DNA of 64,000 nt from Antedon mediterranea (Eukaryota; Animalia; Echinodermata): assembly GCF_964355755.1 (NCBI RefSeq), contig NC_092676.1:1-64000 (forward strand). Reading direction: 5' to 3'. Made by a program: the position numbers and the translations under genes. The notes beneath the pieces are model-generated. The model did no database searches, was not told the origin of the DNA, and saw nothing but the letters and a program-made list of their open reading frames with translations. Each line of letters starts with the position of its first letter. Position 1 is the first letter of the stretch. Below, piece by piece: positions 12,900 to 27,510 of this stretch.

Positions 12900-13068
12900 T
12901 AAATCCAAAGTCAAATTACTATAAAAATTACAATGTTGTGGGTATCAGTGGCTGGATCTCAATGGAGATACAAAAAAAATCGAAAAGCTAAATCAAAACG
13001 ATAAATTAAACAGCCAGACAAGTTAACAGAGCTTTTGGGCAACACTAGCCCTTCATCAGTGCAAGTGA
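12900..13068 (-). mobile_element. Family-A hammerhead repeat, inverted copy with mutated core
   Basis: Reverse complement of 9901-10070. The core GAAA reads AAAA. Confidence 0.8.
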
Positions 13069-13721
13069 TATATATACAACAGGCATAGAAATAAATTCCA
13101 AATATATAGACAGAGAACAGAGAATGAGAAAAAATCGCGCCTACATCTAATGTACATCTACACCTTAATTAATACAAAAATATACATTTTTGACAATTTA
13201 ATCCCAATATTTTGATGTTATGCGCATTCGGTAACAAAATTTGAGGTTATCGGGTCAAAGGTCAATATTATGATTTCCAGTCACTTTTTGGAAAAATAGT
13301 TCGTTATACCAAATACTAACATGTATATTGTGAATATTTTAAGACCAACCTCATGTTTCTACTGTCAGTAGTTATCGAGATATGACCATACTAGGGTCAA
13401 AAGTCACAATTCCGGAAATGATGATTCCGGCCATTTTCTAATAAAATGTTGTATTAGAGTGAATAGAAACATATGTGTTCTAAGCAATTTAACACTAAAA
13501 TGAACTCTGTACCCCTACCGGTTACTAAGATATGGACCATCATTTTGTTTTGGCGGCCATTTTGAAAATACTCCAAATATGGTCATAAAATACATTTTTT
13601 TTCTTGGCTACAGTGATTTTTTTAATCTGTATGTCCAAGTGAACATATGTGCAAAACTGTAGGACATTTTAAGAAAACTTTAAATATTATCTTAACATAA
13701 AATAATTTTCTGATCAGTATC

Positions 13722-13752
<31 letters not shown>

Positions 13753-14049
13753 GGTGTTATTCGTGTTATTATTATTATTATTATTATTATTGTTAGTGTT
13801 ATTATTATTATTATTATATCAATATTTATAAAGCGTCAATTCAAAGACCGAGGTACAAAATCAAATGCGCTGGGCATGTTAGTGGTCGAAAAAATGAGTT
13901 TTGAGCAATTTTTTAAATAAGGCAACAGATGAGCAGTGTTTAATTTGTGGGGGGAGTGAATTCCAGAGTGTGGGTGCTGCAAAAGAAAACGATCTATGAC
14001 CAAAGGTTTTAGTGGCTATGCGTGGAACAGAGAGTAAAAAATCATCAGA
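13722..14049 (-). mobile_element. 3' end of an L2/CR1-group LINE with (TAA)n tail
   Basis: The minus strand translates to LLSVPRIATKTFGHRSFSFAAPTLWNSLPPQIKHCSSVALFKKLLKTHFF, typical of an L2 ORF2 C-terminus, followed by a TAA-repeat tail. Confidence 0.75.
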
Positions 14050-14433
14050 ATATTGAATATTTTATTTTGTGTATAGGCCTACTTTATCGAAATTTTTATT
14101 TTGTTTTAATTATACAAATTAAATAATTATAATTGAATTATCTATATAGTAATTTTGAATGATTTTTTTTAGATAGTATGCTATTTGGTATGAAACTGTG
14201 GAAATGAATGATGAGTAATAGGTCTATCAATTATGGAAATAAACCAGCATGATGAAAGAAGGGCGGTACTAAGGGTAAGTTGAAATTAAACGTCGTCGTA
14301 TCATTAGCATTTATAGTGACTCATTTGTGTCTTGAGAGTCGGAACGTGAAAATATAATGATAGAATTAGTCGTTAAATAAATTATGAATAGCAAGTGTCA
14401 TTTCTAAAACCTACTACTATAATAGACGTACGT

Positions 14434-16194
14434 ATGGATCGTTTAGTGACATGTTTCTTTTTCGGGTTAGCTACCAGTGCAGCACTTCATTTTACCTCTG
14501 CCGTTCATTTTAATGTTCAACCGCGAGATACCACTGTAATGACTGGCGAGACGGTTATCCTACAATGTGCTTTGGACGAAATGTTACTGATAGGCGAAAG
14601 CCATCACTGGATATGGACAAACGCTATAACGCAACAGAATGTAACTTTAAGTTCAAATCGCCAAATAATAAAAACAGGTATTTCATCAAATCTTTCACGA
14701 AGACTGAGTATTATTGGCAATAAGATGCATGCTGAATACAATCTAAGAATTGAATCTGTTACTAAATCAGAACAAGGCATGTATCGATGTATGTTGCATA
14801 TACGTCAATCTCAAGAGTTTCTGTATTCTAAGGCAGCTACATTAAAAGTGGAAAGCATGCTTGACCGTGTACCAGTTTGCAAACTAACACCGTATAATCC
14901 GTTACCTGGAACACATATTATTATGACCTGCATCGCCGGTAGCCGATTTAGTAAAGAAATTGCATGGATGATAGGAAATACTCGATTACAAAGTAATATA
15001 TTTCGCCAAGGGGGTATTTTGACGGCTGTGTTACGAAGAACAATTTACGAACAAGATAATTTTAACACGTTTACTTGCATTGAAGGAAAACACAGTAGTA
15101 TAGGCATAATTCCTAATGTTGGCAAGTGTTCTTTAACACCATTGATGGTTCAAACAAGAGTTGAAATTATACCAAGCTTTGTACGTCTTAACGAGTATAA
15201 GGATACCACATTACAATGTATTGCAGAATCATTGCCTGCACCTACATTCTACGAGTGGTTTATTGATGAACTTCTGGTATTAAACTCTCCAGATAAATTG
15301 TTATTAATGGATAAGAATAGACAACTGATTATTAAAGCATTGTATTTACAAACGATAAATAAGATTGATATAGAAATTAAATGTAGTGTAGGAAACATAA
15401 AGACAGTCAAAAGTACATCTGTTCAGTTACAACTTGTTTTTAAAAAGAAAACAATCACTCTAAAGCCATTTACTACTGTTGATTTAAAAAGAACAACTAG
15501 TAGAAGTGTAAACAATGAATTGTTTACAGTAACATATAACACTAAATATACTGAGGACAAACTAAGTACGCTAATTCCAACATTACCTAGCGATAGTTTT
15601 TCGAAGAAAATGTTTCAAGATGTGGCGATAATATCCGCTTCTGTTCTGGGAACAATTATAATTATTTTAGTTATAAGTATTGTTTTTATTTCTACACTTA
15701 AAAAGAATAGAAGGAGATTGTTAGAAATAAGCAATTACAACACAGTTGCTGAAGAACCATTAAGCTTCAAAAAAGTAAACCAATGTGATATCGTCACACC
15801 TCGCCGTATGAAATATTGTCATAAGGCTGGTTCTTGTAATACTCTACAACCACCTTTACCAGACAGGGAACGTTACACTTCCAAACAAAGACGTCAAATT
15901 AGCGAACACTACAACGCCAGTTGTAATTTGGTCAGTGTGACTCCTGAGAGAAAGAGTGAGTATTTCAGGAAGATATCTGGAGGATCACGCGGGGAGGGCG
16001 ATGGGTGCAGCATTGGCGAAGAAGCTCAAAAGAGTATTTCCCATTATGAAAACGCAATAGCTATACGATTGTCATACCTAAATGACTATAGTAAACGGCG
16101 ATACCAACGAATTTCTTCACAGCGAAGCTATGATGATGTTGAACAACTCGCATTATACAATAATATCTCGGAATCGATATACGAGGTATCATAG
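14434..16194 (+). CDS. Single-exon type I membrane Ig-superfamily receptor 1 (V-C2-Ig, TM, Tyr-rich tail), 586 aa
   Basis: The first ATG is at 14434 (the ORF track starts at an upstream GTG). Signal peptide; V-set motifs VILQC..W..YNLRIESVTKSEQGMYRC; two further C-W-C Ig domains; TM VAIISASVLGTIIIILVISIVFI followed by KKNRRR. Confidence 0.9.
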   Translation: MDRLVTCFFFGLATSAALHFTSAVHFNVQPRDTTVMTGETVILQCALDEMLLIGESHHWIWTNAITQQNVTLSSNRQIIKTGISSNLSRRLSIIGNKMHAEYNLRIESVTKSEQGMYRCMLHIRQSQEFLYSKAATLKVESMLDRVPVCKLTPYNPLPGTHIIMTCIAGSRFSKEIAWMIGNTRLQSNIFRQGGILTAVLRRTIYEQDNFNTFTCIEGKHSSIGIIPNVGKCSLTPLMVQTRVEIIPSFVRLNEYKDTTLQCIAESLPAPTFYEWFIDELLVLNSPDKLLLMDKNRQLIIKALYLQTINKIDIEIKCSVGNIKTVKSTSVQLQLVFKKKTITLKPFTTVDLKRTTSRSVNNELFTVTYNTKYTEDKLSTLIPTLPSDSFSKKMFQDVAIISASVLGTIIIILVISIVFISTLKKNRRRLLEISNYNTVAEEPLSFKKVNQCDIVTPRRMKYCHKAGSCNTLQPPLPDRERYTSKQRRQISEHYNASCNLVSVTPERKSEYFRKISGGSRGEGDGCSIGEEAQKSISHYENAIAIRLSYLNDYSKRRYQRISSQRSYDDVEQLALYNNISESIYEVS

Positions 16195-17669
16195 AATACA
16201 AAGTAAATGATACTAATTTATCATTGTATTTTGTTGTAATACTGCCAACTCCATGAAGTGAACCACATCACGTAGTATTTAACGGCGTATCAAATTAAAC
16301 GTGAATTAAATGAGACCTTTATTTCAATTTATTCAGCAAGTAGTTTACTTCCAATCATGTTACTTAATAATTGACTAGTATACCATTATTGATGTCACTA
16401 TTTATTTAGGTTATTGTCACTTCCCTTTGAATTGATAAATTACCTTTTTATGTCAAATCACATAAGCTCGCTTTACAGTAAGTAACCCATACAAATTAAA
16501 CAAATTGTTAGATAAAAAAAAAATAACTGCTAATTAAATTGATTTAATTTTGAAATAACAATCAATAAGCTGGTCTTAGAATAGTTTAATACGGTAGAAA
16601 CGGGAGCATCAATATGCTAATGTAAATGAGATTGATATAAAGCATACAAAAAGTAGATATCAAGTATATTTTGTACTGTCTTACGTACAAGTAGAAAGGC
16701 AGAGTTGAACTTATATCCTTCCGTTCTGACGTGTTCAATTAACTGGAAACAATTTACCCAGCCAGTTGAGTTAGTTATTGAAAAATAATCTTGATGATTT
16801 AGTCTTTTACACGTATTGTGTTATTTTTCATCCTCAATTGAGAACATTCGTAATAGACCCTCTACGGACACATTTGGCTGGCCACTGTGTTGCGTTTTAT
16901 TCGTAGATAATAACATCTTGTACAGTTTTGCTCACATTGTATACCTTTTTATACAGGTCTTCAGTGAGAACTGACCAAAGGTGGAAATAAAGAAAACAAT
17001 AGAGCTACAAAATAAAACAAGACCTCTGCATTAGTTGCTTTTTTGTCAGATAAACTACATTGAGCAAATTATCGGATGAAAGTGTTCTAACCTAATTTGA
17101 TATGCAAAAGAATTAGAGTTTTGCATTTACTGTAAATATACATCTAGGCCTACAAGTTAGATGATAGAATACCAAAATGGATAAAAATTAAACAATTCCA
17201 ATCCCTTATATTGAAAATCAATTTGGCAGCGTAACGCATATTCATTTATTTCGTGATAATATGTCAAAAACATTTTGATATTTTGTTTACAGAGACAAAA
17301 GGTTAAACACGTATATAACATTTTTGTGAATGGTTTAATTTAGAGCAGAAGGAGGGATAAGTCGCAATAAGAGCAAAAACGTGCGGTCATTGATATTGTT
17401 GAAAAGACGCACTCATTGCTTGGTATTTGTTTTTTTATTATATTTTGTAGACCGTCTAACCTTCGTGATATATTAGTAAGATATATATTTAGGTGTCAAA
17501 TCAGGAAAGAGTGTTCATTCTTCCCTGATCAAATTGACTATCATGACAGCCAACATGTTTGCAGTCACCTTTGCAACAAATCTTGAAAAACTTGTTATTT
17601 GGTCGACTTTCCGCAAATTTAAGAGTATCCAAACTGGTCGCATTTTTCGGATAATCAATTAATTGTCTA

Positions 17670-17940
17670 AACAAAAACGTCATTTTATCTTATACACTGT
17701 AATATTTGCATGTTGTAAACAGTACGGAGAAACCAAAAACATTCTCCGTATGAGAATGACACAACACAGATATCGGCTATCAAAACATTAAAGCCTAATC
17801 AACCTGTAACTGAACATTTTAATTTAGCTGGTCACTGTGATTACAACTTTCAGTGTTAAATAGACCACGATGTAAAATGGATAACTAAAGAACTCTGGGA
17901 ATTACTACTTAAAACAACAACACTGTTTGGATTTAACATT
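17670..17940 (+). mobile_element. Decayed GIY-YIG endonuclease remnant of a different Penelope-like clade
   Basis: Frameshifted pieces read HCNIC..YGETKNILRMRMTQHR..KPNQPVTEHFNLAGH..FGFN. Confidence 0.6.
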
Positions 17941-20554
17941 TAGGAACATACTCCCAGTTCGGTAAATTTATTCCATAACTGACAACCTAAATTTAAGTTT
18001 CAATGTTAACCATCATTTGAGTTGTTATTTACAGTAGTTCTCCATTCCTACAGCTTACTATGTCGGTTGGTCGGTAAACACTAACTTGTATATGGCCGCC
18101 TTATCTTGATATCAGTTTCATCTAGCTAAGTCAATTTTTCACAGTATATTTCTTATGGGCAGGAATCGATGTTGTTATGTTTTCACGGTGCGCAATCAAA
18201 AATTACGCGGTCTACGCACGATTTAACGAAATCACTTTTGTAATCGTATCTTCATAAGCATGAATCACAATTAAATAAAATTTGGTACTCATAATTTCAG
18301 GGTGTAAATCATTTATGGCAAAACATTTACGTGCGTAGCGCATGTAGCGCATGCGTACGCGCGATTAAAATTTTCAACATTTATTTCAAGATCTCAGCCC
18401 TACAATTATGAAAAAATTTGCCGTAAATAAAACATACCTCAGCATTTATTTAAAAAAAATATAATGCCAAATTTCTGTTTCTATTGTTTTTATTTTGTAG
18501 TAAAAACATTTTTCCCAGGCTCTTGTGTTACGAAAATAAAGCAGGCCTCATAGATGAAGAAAAAATTGATTATCCAGTCCAGTCGGTTGAAAATAACCTT
18601 TAACTTGCGAATAAAAAAGACACAGCTATCCTTGTTTGTTTACTGAATTTTTAAGGAGTTAGGGGGTTTTCAGCATTAAACTTGTCAAGTCTAGTCTGCC
18701 TTGTATTTGTATATGAATGAGTGACTTGATGTCCCACGCTAGTTTTTAGCTTGAATGAAATGCGTGAATGGCTCTAGCTAGGCCTAAAAGCGGACGGGAT
18801 CGTAGTTCCTATGTTTAAATACAAGGTTAATTTATTTGTCATTTGTTAGAAAATATAATGGTAATCAGTTGATACATGTAGTTTGTAGCCTACAGTTGTA
18901 TTTGTAGTCTAGTTTTAGGCCTTATTTATTCTGGCCTTTTTGTTGTTGAACTCCATCTCACACATATTGACGATACAAGACCAGTTCACTCAGGCAGCCC
19001 GAAAGCTGCCTGGCTGTTTTCTTAACTTTGTTCTTATCTCTATTGACATTCAGTCACTGATACCATAACATTGTCATTTGTTCAGTAACTTGCCTTATTA
19101 TACTACTTATACTTATCTACTATCAGCATAGGTGAAATTACGGACCCTTAGATTTTTTGGATGATGATTCATCATTGAGGTGGCAAGTTCGGACTGAGCA
19201 AACACGTTAAAATTTGGAAGTAAATTAAATACGTAGTAGCACGTTGCGCGCGCTCTTTAAAACACATGTTGAAAGATTATTGTTTGAGCAAGAACATTAC
19301 AAATTTGAGCAAACATTAGGCACAGATAAGCGGCATCCGCTCTGTTGAATGTGATGGTCTATGACGAAAAGGCCGCACTTTCAAAAGCCCGTTTATTCTT
19401 CCTATTAATTAGTGCATTTAGTACCTTCCGTAAGTGGCCATTTCCCGTAAGCGGCCGCAGCGGCCGCGGCCAACTTTTTTACTAAACATTTTTTTTTTTT
19501 TCGAATGGTAAATTACATCTCGTAAGCGGCCACCTAATAATTCATTTTGACTTTTGGCAAGAAATACAATTTTGATACTTACTTACTTAATTCATTAGCT
19601 TCACTGTATTTCGAAGCTTGTGTGCAAAATCTTTTTGTTTGATTTATTAGGCGTTTGATTGAAGTGTTACGTCGGTACATGACGTAACCACGGAACTTGA
19701 GTTTTTATGTCAAAAAATGAGTATTTATGGTATTTCCAGGAGACCGTATCCAGCTCATCTGTTCACTTGCTTTCCGGTTGCTGTCATAGTTTCTGTATTT
19801 GTCATCCTCTTTAAAAACCTGGTGACATAGGGCGACATTCACAGAGAAATATGACCAATAATTGTATCATGTTTATTAAACATGTTCGAAAGTTAGTGAT
19901 AAGTTGATGTAATAAAAAGAATAATAAAGATTTCTAACGCACATACCACTCAAGATTTCTTAAGGCACATTAACAAAAATAAATGTAGGCCTATATCTTC
20001 ATCACATTTAAATCTCGTTTTTCGTCTATTTCTGGATTCCATATGGTCTCATGTTTGTAGAAATAATATCCGCGAATGAAGGATTCAATTAATGAAGAAT
20101 TTCATCATTATACTGTGACCGACCATATAATTCATAACAATATTTGACCGACCATTTTAATTCACAACAGCTTTTAAAATGTGTCTGAAAATCATAAATA
20201 ATACTAAACCACTTGATCATAAACAATAAAATACGACTATAGCTGGGGAATTGAGAGACCCGTTGCGTTAAGAACGCCGAAAAACATCGTGCATAGCATA
20301 ATACGTGATTTTGGTCCTCTATCGACAGAACCTTCAGTAAGCGGTCACCTCCCGTAACCGGCACTTTTCCCGGTCCTGCTGAGGGTGATAAAATATGTAT
20401 GATTTTACACAAATTTACATTAAATCGGTAATTGGAGATCCCACAATTTTCTAAGTTTCATGTTCAAGTGTGTCGTTATGTGAAATTTAGGACAATCAAC
20501 TGTAAAAATGGACCTTTGCTTTAATTAAGCCTTTCAAAATGTATACTTGTCAAA

Positions 20555-21597
20555 TGGTTTACCTGTCATCGTATAATATATTCAGAGCCAGAATACATGA
20601 CATGATGACATATAAAGGTTCATCATTTGACACCAGAATACATGCCATAATAATGACAGGTAAAGGTTTACCATTTGACACCAGAATACATGCCATGATG
20701 ATAGGTGAAGGTTAACCATTTGACACCAGAATACATGCCATGACAGGTAAAGGTTTACCATTTGACACCAGAATACATGATATGATGACAGGTAAAGGTT
20801 CACCATTTGACACCAGAATACATGCCATAATGATAGGTAAAGGTACACCATTTGAAACAAGAATACATGCCATGATTACAGGTAAAGGTTCACCATTTGA
20901 CACCAGAATACATGCCATAATGACAGGTAGAGGTTCACCATTTGACACCAGAATACATGCCATAATGACAGGTAAAGATTCACCATTTGACACCAGAATA
21001 CATGCCATAATGACAGGTAAAGATTCACCATTAGACACCAGAATACATGCCATGACGATAGGTAAAGGTTCACCATTTGACACCAGAATACATGCCATAA
21101 TGACAGGTAAAGATTCACCATTTGACACCAGAATACATGCCATAATGACAGGTAAAGGTTCACCATTTGACACCAGAATACATGCCATGATGACAAGTGA
21201 AGGCTCACCATTTGACACCAGAATACATGCAATTATGACAGGTAATGGTTCACCATTTGGCCCCAGAATACATGCCATGATGACAGGTAAATTTTCACCA
21301 TTTGATAGACAAGTACATGCCATGATGACAGGTAAAGGTTCACCATTTGACACCAGAATACATGCCATGATGACACGTAAAGGTTCACCATTTGACACCA
21401 GAATACATGCCATGATGACACGTAAAGGTTCACCATTTAACATCAGAATACATGCCATGATGACAGGCGAAGATTCACCATTAGACACCAGAATACATGC
21501 CATGACGATAGGTAAAGGTTTACCATTTGACACCAGAACACATGATATGACAGGTGAACGTTCACCATTTGACGACAAACATTTAATAGGTAAACCA
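20555..21597. repeat. 45-bp minisatellite, about 23 copies
   Basis: Unit caccatttgacaccagaatacatgccatgatgacaggtaaaggtt. Confidence 0.95.
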
Positions 21598-23169
21598 TGA
21601 GTATGCATGATGCTAATTAGGATTGTTTACAACTCGTCACGGTTGAGAAGGTGTTTTCACACAGATCGCGAGGAAGTTTTATGATTATGCATACAGAATA
21701 GCCAAACAAGCGCGTTGCACTATGAGATATGTTTTGATCGAAAACTTTGACTGGAAGTCAAAGTTATTTTTTGAACAAAAAAACGTCCGTATTTCGGTTA
21801 AATTATTATTTTTTTAACAAATTTTTGGTGAAACTTAATAACTATTATGATACTTCAAAATGACCCACTTTTTTCCAAATCTAAAAAAAAAAAATGTTTT
21901 GAATTAGGGACAATACATCTTTAATATTTCAATATCTCAACTGGCTTCTATTTTTATTTGTGTACTATATAAGTTAATATTTCAATATCTCAACTGGCTT
22001 CTATTTTTATTTCAGTGTTTTTTCACTGTAAATAGTTTGTAATTTGTTTTTTCCTGTCTCATTTTTTAGTTATTGAATACTTTTTGCACTGTGCCTCTGA
22101 AATAAAATAGATATAATAAATATAAATAAAGTTAAGTTAAGAGAAATGGACATCATTACTATCTTTGATACGTGTTATCCGTGTCCTTTATGAATTATCA
22201 ACGTGTAGCCTACACCGGCTTACTAATGAGTGACACATAACAGGAAATTGATTTTTTATCTTTCATTATTTATTACAAAAACCAATGCAAATATATTTTA
22301 GAAATGAACAAGAATAATAACTTTAACATTTATAATTGTATGGCATACTGTAGGTCATATTAAAAACTTGAACATTAATTTGTTAACCATAACCCTTTAA
22401 TCACTGAAACACTTTTTTTTGGAAGAAATTCATTCATTCAAATTAAGCCTTTTGAAGGAGCATCTTTCTGGCTTTCTTTTTTGTAAAAATATATTATCTT
22501 ATTATTGTTGTGAAGTTATTTAATTGGGATTTATTTAATCGGGAACCGTATACACATAATAACCACTGTTATTTTATATCATGTGGTATTTTGTACGTAT
22601 GCTTTTATTAGGCCTATTTGAAGTTTTAAAAACCTTTTAGCCTGATCATGGAGGTATTTTGTACGTATGCTTTTATTAGGCCTATTTGAAGTTTTAAAAA
22701 CCTTTTAGCCTGATCATGGAGGTATTCTAATTTCTATTCTAATTCTAATTTTATACCTTTATGGCCTGATCACACTAAAGGAAGTATGCCTTATAATTTG
22801 TGTACATGACCTTACAGAGGAAATCTAGAAAACAAGCCTTTTATAATATAACCAACTTACGCTGTCACTCTTATATGACTTAAAACTACGTTTGCGTGCA
22901 GGTAATAATACAATATTGATTTTTATCTAAATAATTTGCAGTATATTTTTAGTATTTGAGGTGCAACTTGTTACATGTGACTTGAAATATTTTTCATATT
23001 GATTAAACTGAATATATTTGGCGTTTTCGGTGATTTTTTGTTTTTTTCTTTCATATTGTGTTTTAGCTATACTATAGAGTAGTTAGTTAATTGTCATTTT
23101 TAGTCCAGCGTCGGCGTTTAGATTTTTGTCTGGAAACTACAGGGGTTAGAGATACAACTGTGTTTTCGA

Positions 23170-23450
23170 GCTAACTTTTCTGGCTGTTTTACTTCTCGTT
23201 TTGATTTAGCTTTTCGCTTTTATTTTGTATCTCCATTAAGATCCAGCCACTGATACCCACAGCATTGACATTTGTTCAGTAATTTGCCTTTGGATTTATA
23301 TATATATATATTTATATATATAAACACATTAGGCAAAGAACATTAATTCTAAACCGCCCGGTGATATACTGAAATTTAATTAATTAATTTGAAATGATAA
23401 AGATGAGAGAATCTGTGAGAATGAGAAAAAGTCGCCCCAACCGAGACTAT
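23170..23450. mobile_element. Family-A repeat tail (+) joined through (TA)n to the tRNA-containing repeat tail (-)
   Basis: 23170-23300 matches 9936-10070 without the hammerhead. 23320-23448 is the reverse complement of the 12005-12100 and 9630-9720 type sequence. Confidence 0.75.
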
Positions 23451-24941
23451 ATATACGTATGAAACCAGAATATGTATCATTTTACTAATATTAAGTAGAA
23501 ACACAGAACAAACATAGAACCTAGACTAATCAAAGTAATGAATAAAATTAGCTTAATCTGCTGCATATCGCCAAATAAACCTTTTATTTCAGAAAATATA
23601 ATAATTAGAACCGACGACCACATAACCGTTTAAAATCGACCTTGGCTGTTAGAATTAGAAAAAAAATGTATATTATGCCGTTCTAGATATTCCCTCCAGA
23701 ATGCTCATATTATGGGTTGAACTTTAAAGTGGAGCTCCACCAAGAAAATTACTATTTGTCATACATTTCAACTATTATTTAAAAATATCATCCCTTATAC
23801 TTCATATTTTTTTGACATTTTTTTCAATGAGTATGATTTTCTTGAAAATCACGCCTTTTTGCGTTTTGGGGGGATACCTTGTAATTTCCTATTCTTTTAC
23901 ATGCAAAAGGGGGGTATATTTGAATAATCCTAAAAAATTCATTTCTTCACCAAAAAAAAAATGTAAAATGTATATTTATGTAATTTTTCCAGATCTTTCT
24001 ATTTCTGGTATTTTTATCGCGTATACATTGCGCAATTTTGCGTAAATAGACACTTTCCCCCGTTCGGGTCCAATTGGGTTTTTTATTTTGCTAGGGAGTA
24101 CGATCACGTGACATTTTGCACAATCACACGACTGCAGCTGGCGGCGATCTGTTATTTTGTCGCGATGTTATTTTTGACGGGGGAGAAAAGTATATTAAAA
24201 CATTCTGAATATGACCCTATTATGTTTCACAGTGTAATAATGTGATTATGAGACTATTACTAAAATGTAAAATTTAACGAGATTTGAGAAAGACGTGGCT
24301 ATATATTCAATAAAGCTAGGCCTACTAGAGTGTAGGTATGTACCGTTGCTGCTTGGCCTCTAGCTAGGCTAGCTAGGCTGACAGCAGTGAAGTTTGTTTT
24401 GCTGGCACCCGACCTTGGCCTACCCATGGGCCATGATAGGGTGCCTGAATAATTGCTTTTCAGTCAGGTCTAAGCTTGCACATCGCTTTACTACTCTTGT
24501 TCTGTATAGGATTTTGTGTTTCACAATTCTTAATGTGCGAGAAAACCCAGGAACGATAAATGGGGCGAAATGACCATGCCTATGAATACATAGGCCTCTA
24601 TCTAGACAAAAATTCAAGGCTAGCTTGGCTGAGCAGACGGCTTAGCTAGGCCTAGCCCTAGCTTAAAGTTAAAAGCAATCTGATAAGATTATTATGCTGT
24701 TGTTGTACAGTGAAAATCATGAGGTTAGTTACATGTAAATTATACTGACTATATTCTTATCGGAAATATTACTTAGGCCTAAACAAATCGTATTAATTGT
24801 GTGTATAAAATTTATTCCCCATTTTTCGACACATAATTTACCAAAGGGAAGACATTTCATCAATGCGTTGACCGGCGACTAAAACGCGTCAGTCGCTAAG
24901 TGTAACGCGTTTCGCGACGTATTGTAAACTAATAACCCTAA

Positions 24942-25868
24942 CGCCCGTATTCTTAAACCGGACTTTAGTCGTAGTTCGAAGTTCGACTTGGAAAAGTCGT
25001 AGTTGGAGCTATTACTTCAAATTCGATTCAAAAACGAAGTAGTCGAAGTTTGCAGTTCGACTTAATGAAGTCGAGCTTTTAGTCGAGTTGCACACGTCTG
25101 GGTAACAAAGGCTATACATTGGCCAATGACAAGAGAGTATTTGAGGAGCAGACGAAATTTTGCGCATTGATATCACTTTACATTTCTTACAACACTTTTT
25201 ACGCATCAGGACTATATACATGAAAAATAATTTTAATCGTTAATTATTAGAACAATATCAGTATTAATTTAACAGTGAAGTATATTTGATTAACAACAAA
25301 TAAAATCTTAAAAATATATTTAGGAACCATGGCGGTACGGTAACTTTTATATTTTCTAGGCCCCCAACAAAATATGATCGCCACGAACCACGCACTTCAT
25401 AGCGTGACAAGAAAGCGCTAGGCCCCCTAAACATTCCATCGCGTGGTGAATTGCCGCATCTCCCATTGTCGCTATGGCGTGACGTAGCTCAAGTCGGACT
25501 TGCGCGAAGAAAATAATGTAATTAGTATACAGTTGTAAATAAAGATGATTTTCATTATTATAATTTATACCAATGTATATTTAATTAAGCTAATATAAAT
25601 ATAGATATTTCATTCTTCAATATCTGGCCAATATAACAACTCAATGACTGTTACGTTTTTTATAAACATCGTTTAAAAACCATTTAGTCGACCATTTAGT
25701 CTTCCCCCTCCAGGACTAAAAAAATCGATCAAAATCCGTCTCGATTTAGTCGAGGTTGGCCTGATTTAGTCGGTGATTTAGTTGAAGTTCGGTTTATGAA
25801 TTAAAATGACGTCATTTTTTTAGTTTTAGCTCGAACTACGACTAAAGTCCGGTTTAAGAATACGGGCG
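24942..25868. mobile_element. Non-autonomous PIF/Harbinger-type MITE
   Basis: Perfect ~38-bp TIR cgcccgtattcttaaaccggactttagtcgtagttcga with TAA on both sides (24939-41 and 25869-71). Confidence 0.85.
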
Positions 25869-27280
25869 TAAGTTACTGAAAAATTGTAATTTGTTAAAAA
25901 ACACTATTTTCTGACTAATTTTTTAGAAATGAGTTTTTGGAAAATATTTCCGTATTTTTCCTGGTTTTTTTATGTAATCACTTTCAATTAAACATACTTA
26001 AACATAATATAAGCTGAGAAAGTCTGAGTGTAGCTGAAACTGGGTGGTTTGTCCAGTAACTCTCAATCATAATATAATAGCGACTCAAAAGAACGCATAA
26101 CTAATATAAAAAACAGGTAACAATTGTCAGAATGGAATGGAAATAAAACAGGGAGAATATTTAATAGGAAGAAACGCCGAAAATAAATGTGAAGAATACA
26201 AGTACCTTGGTAGTAACAGATACAGAAAAAGAAGAAAATCACTAGCAGATATGGCAAAATCATCGCTAGAACACAAAACGATGTGAAATGTCGACTGTTT
26301 GATGCATACTACTAGCAGTGAACTCTGAGTACTCAACAAAAGATTAAAGGATAGCATAGATATATATCACAGGAAAATGTTGCGAAAGATAATGAATATT
26401 AGATTAACAGATAGAGTGAGTAACGCGAAAATATACGAGATAACAAAACAAGAGGAATGAAGTAAACTGATTAAACGAAGATGATTACAATGTTATAGAC
26501 ATATAATTACACTATCGGACAATACCCCCAATTAAACACGCAATGAAGAAACCAAAAAAAAAAAGTTAAAAAGAAAACTGGATAAACCAAATAAAAAAAG
26601 ATTTATATGGAAAAAATATAGACTTTAGCACAATAACAAACCATTCTGCCCAAAACAGAAAAATATGGAAACAAATCGTGGAAAGCGTGATGTCGGAATC
26701 ACTCTGTTATATTCAAAAGAGAAGAGATGGCATCTAGTTCGAGAATCTTGATAGGCCTATAGGTTTTTAAAACAAACATGAGCTCCGCTAATATTGTCAA
26801 ACCCTTTTATTATTTTAAATATCTGAATTACAACAGCTCGTTTTCTTCTGTATGCCAACGTGAAAGATTAATTAATGTTAACAAACGTAAATTTTACCCA
26901 AAATGAAATTCGGTAAAACCTGCTCAAATAACCGTTGTTTTGCGTTTTAGAAAACAAAGTTGTCCACTACCGCAAAAAAAACGGTTAAATGTCGTTCTAA
27001 CCCCAATTCTTTAGGGTGTTTTAACCTTTTTTCACCGGTAACTGAATGGCTTTTTCCTGTTTCTACTGCCAGAAATGTTGGGGTAATCTATTCATGCTGT
27101 TATTAATTGGTTATTTTTTCGCAGCAGAAACACATGAAAGTTAAATCAAACCCGGAAAGAATGAGCAGAGCTTTTGATATTGAATATATCATTTATTTTA
27201 CATAGTCATTGTTACAATCATAATAAAAATAAACTATCGGTGGTATTGCTTACTTACTTAAAATAAGCCTTATTACAAAT

Positions 27281-27510
27281 GGGTCTAAACTCAACATCCA
27301 CAACTAAACGAGTAACAATGGCTGATATCGGCCTGTATCATCATACTAAATGTGGGTCTAAACTCAACATCCACAACTAAACGAGTAACAATTGCTGATA
27401 TCGGCCTGTATCATCATACTAAATGTGGGTCTAAACTCAACATCCACAACTAAACGAGTAACAATGGCTGATATCGGCCTGTATCATCATACTAAATGTG
27501 GGTCTAAACT
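27281..27510. repeat. 73-bp tandem repeat, 3 copies
   Basis: gggtctaaac recurs at 27281, 27354, 27427 and 27500. Confidence 0.9.

Noticed and set aside
20582-21608. 286-298 aa ORFs on both strands with 15-aa repeats
   Set aside because: A 45-bp minisatellite is open in several frames on both strands, and there is no unique flanking coding sequence or splice context.
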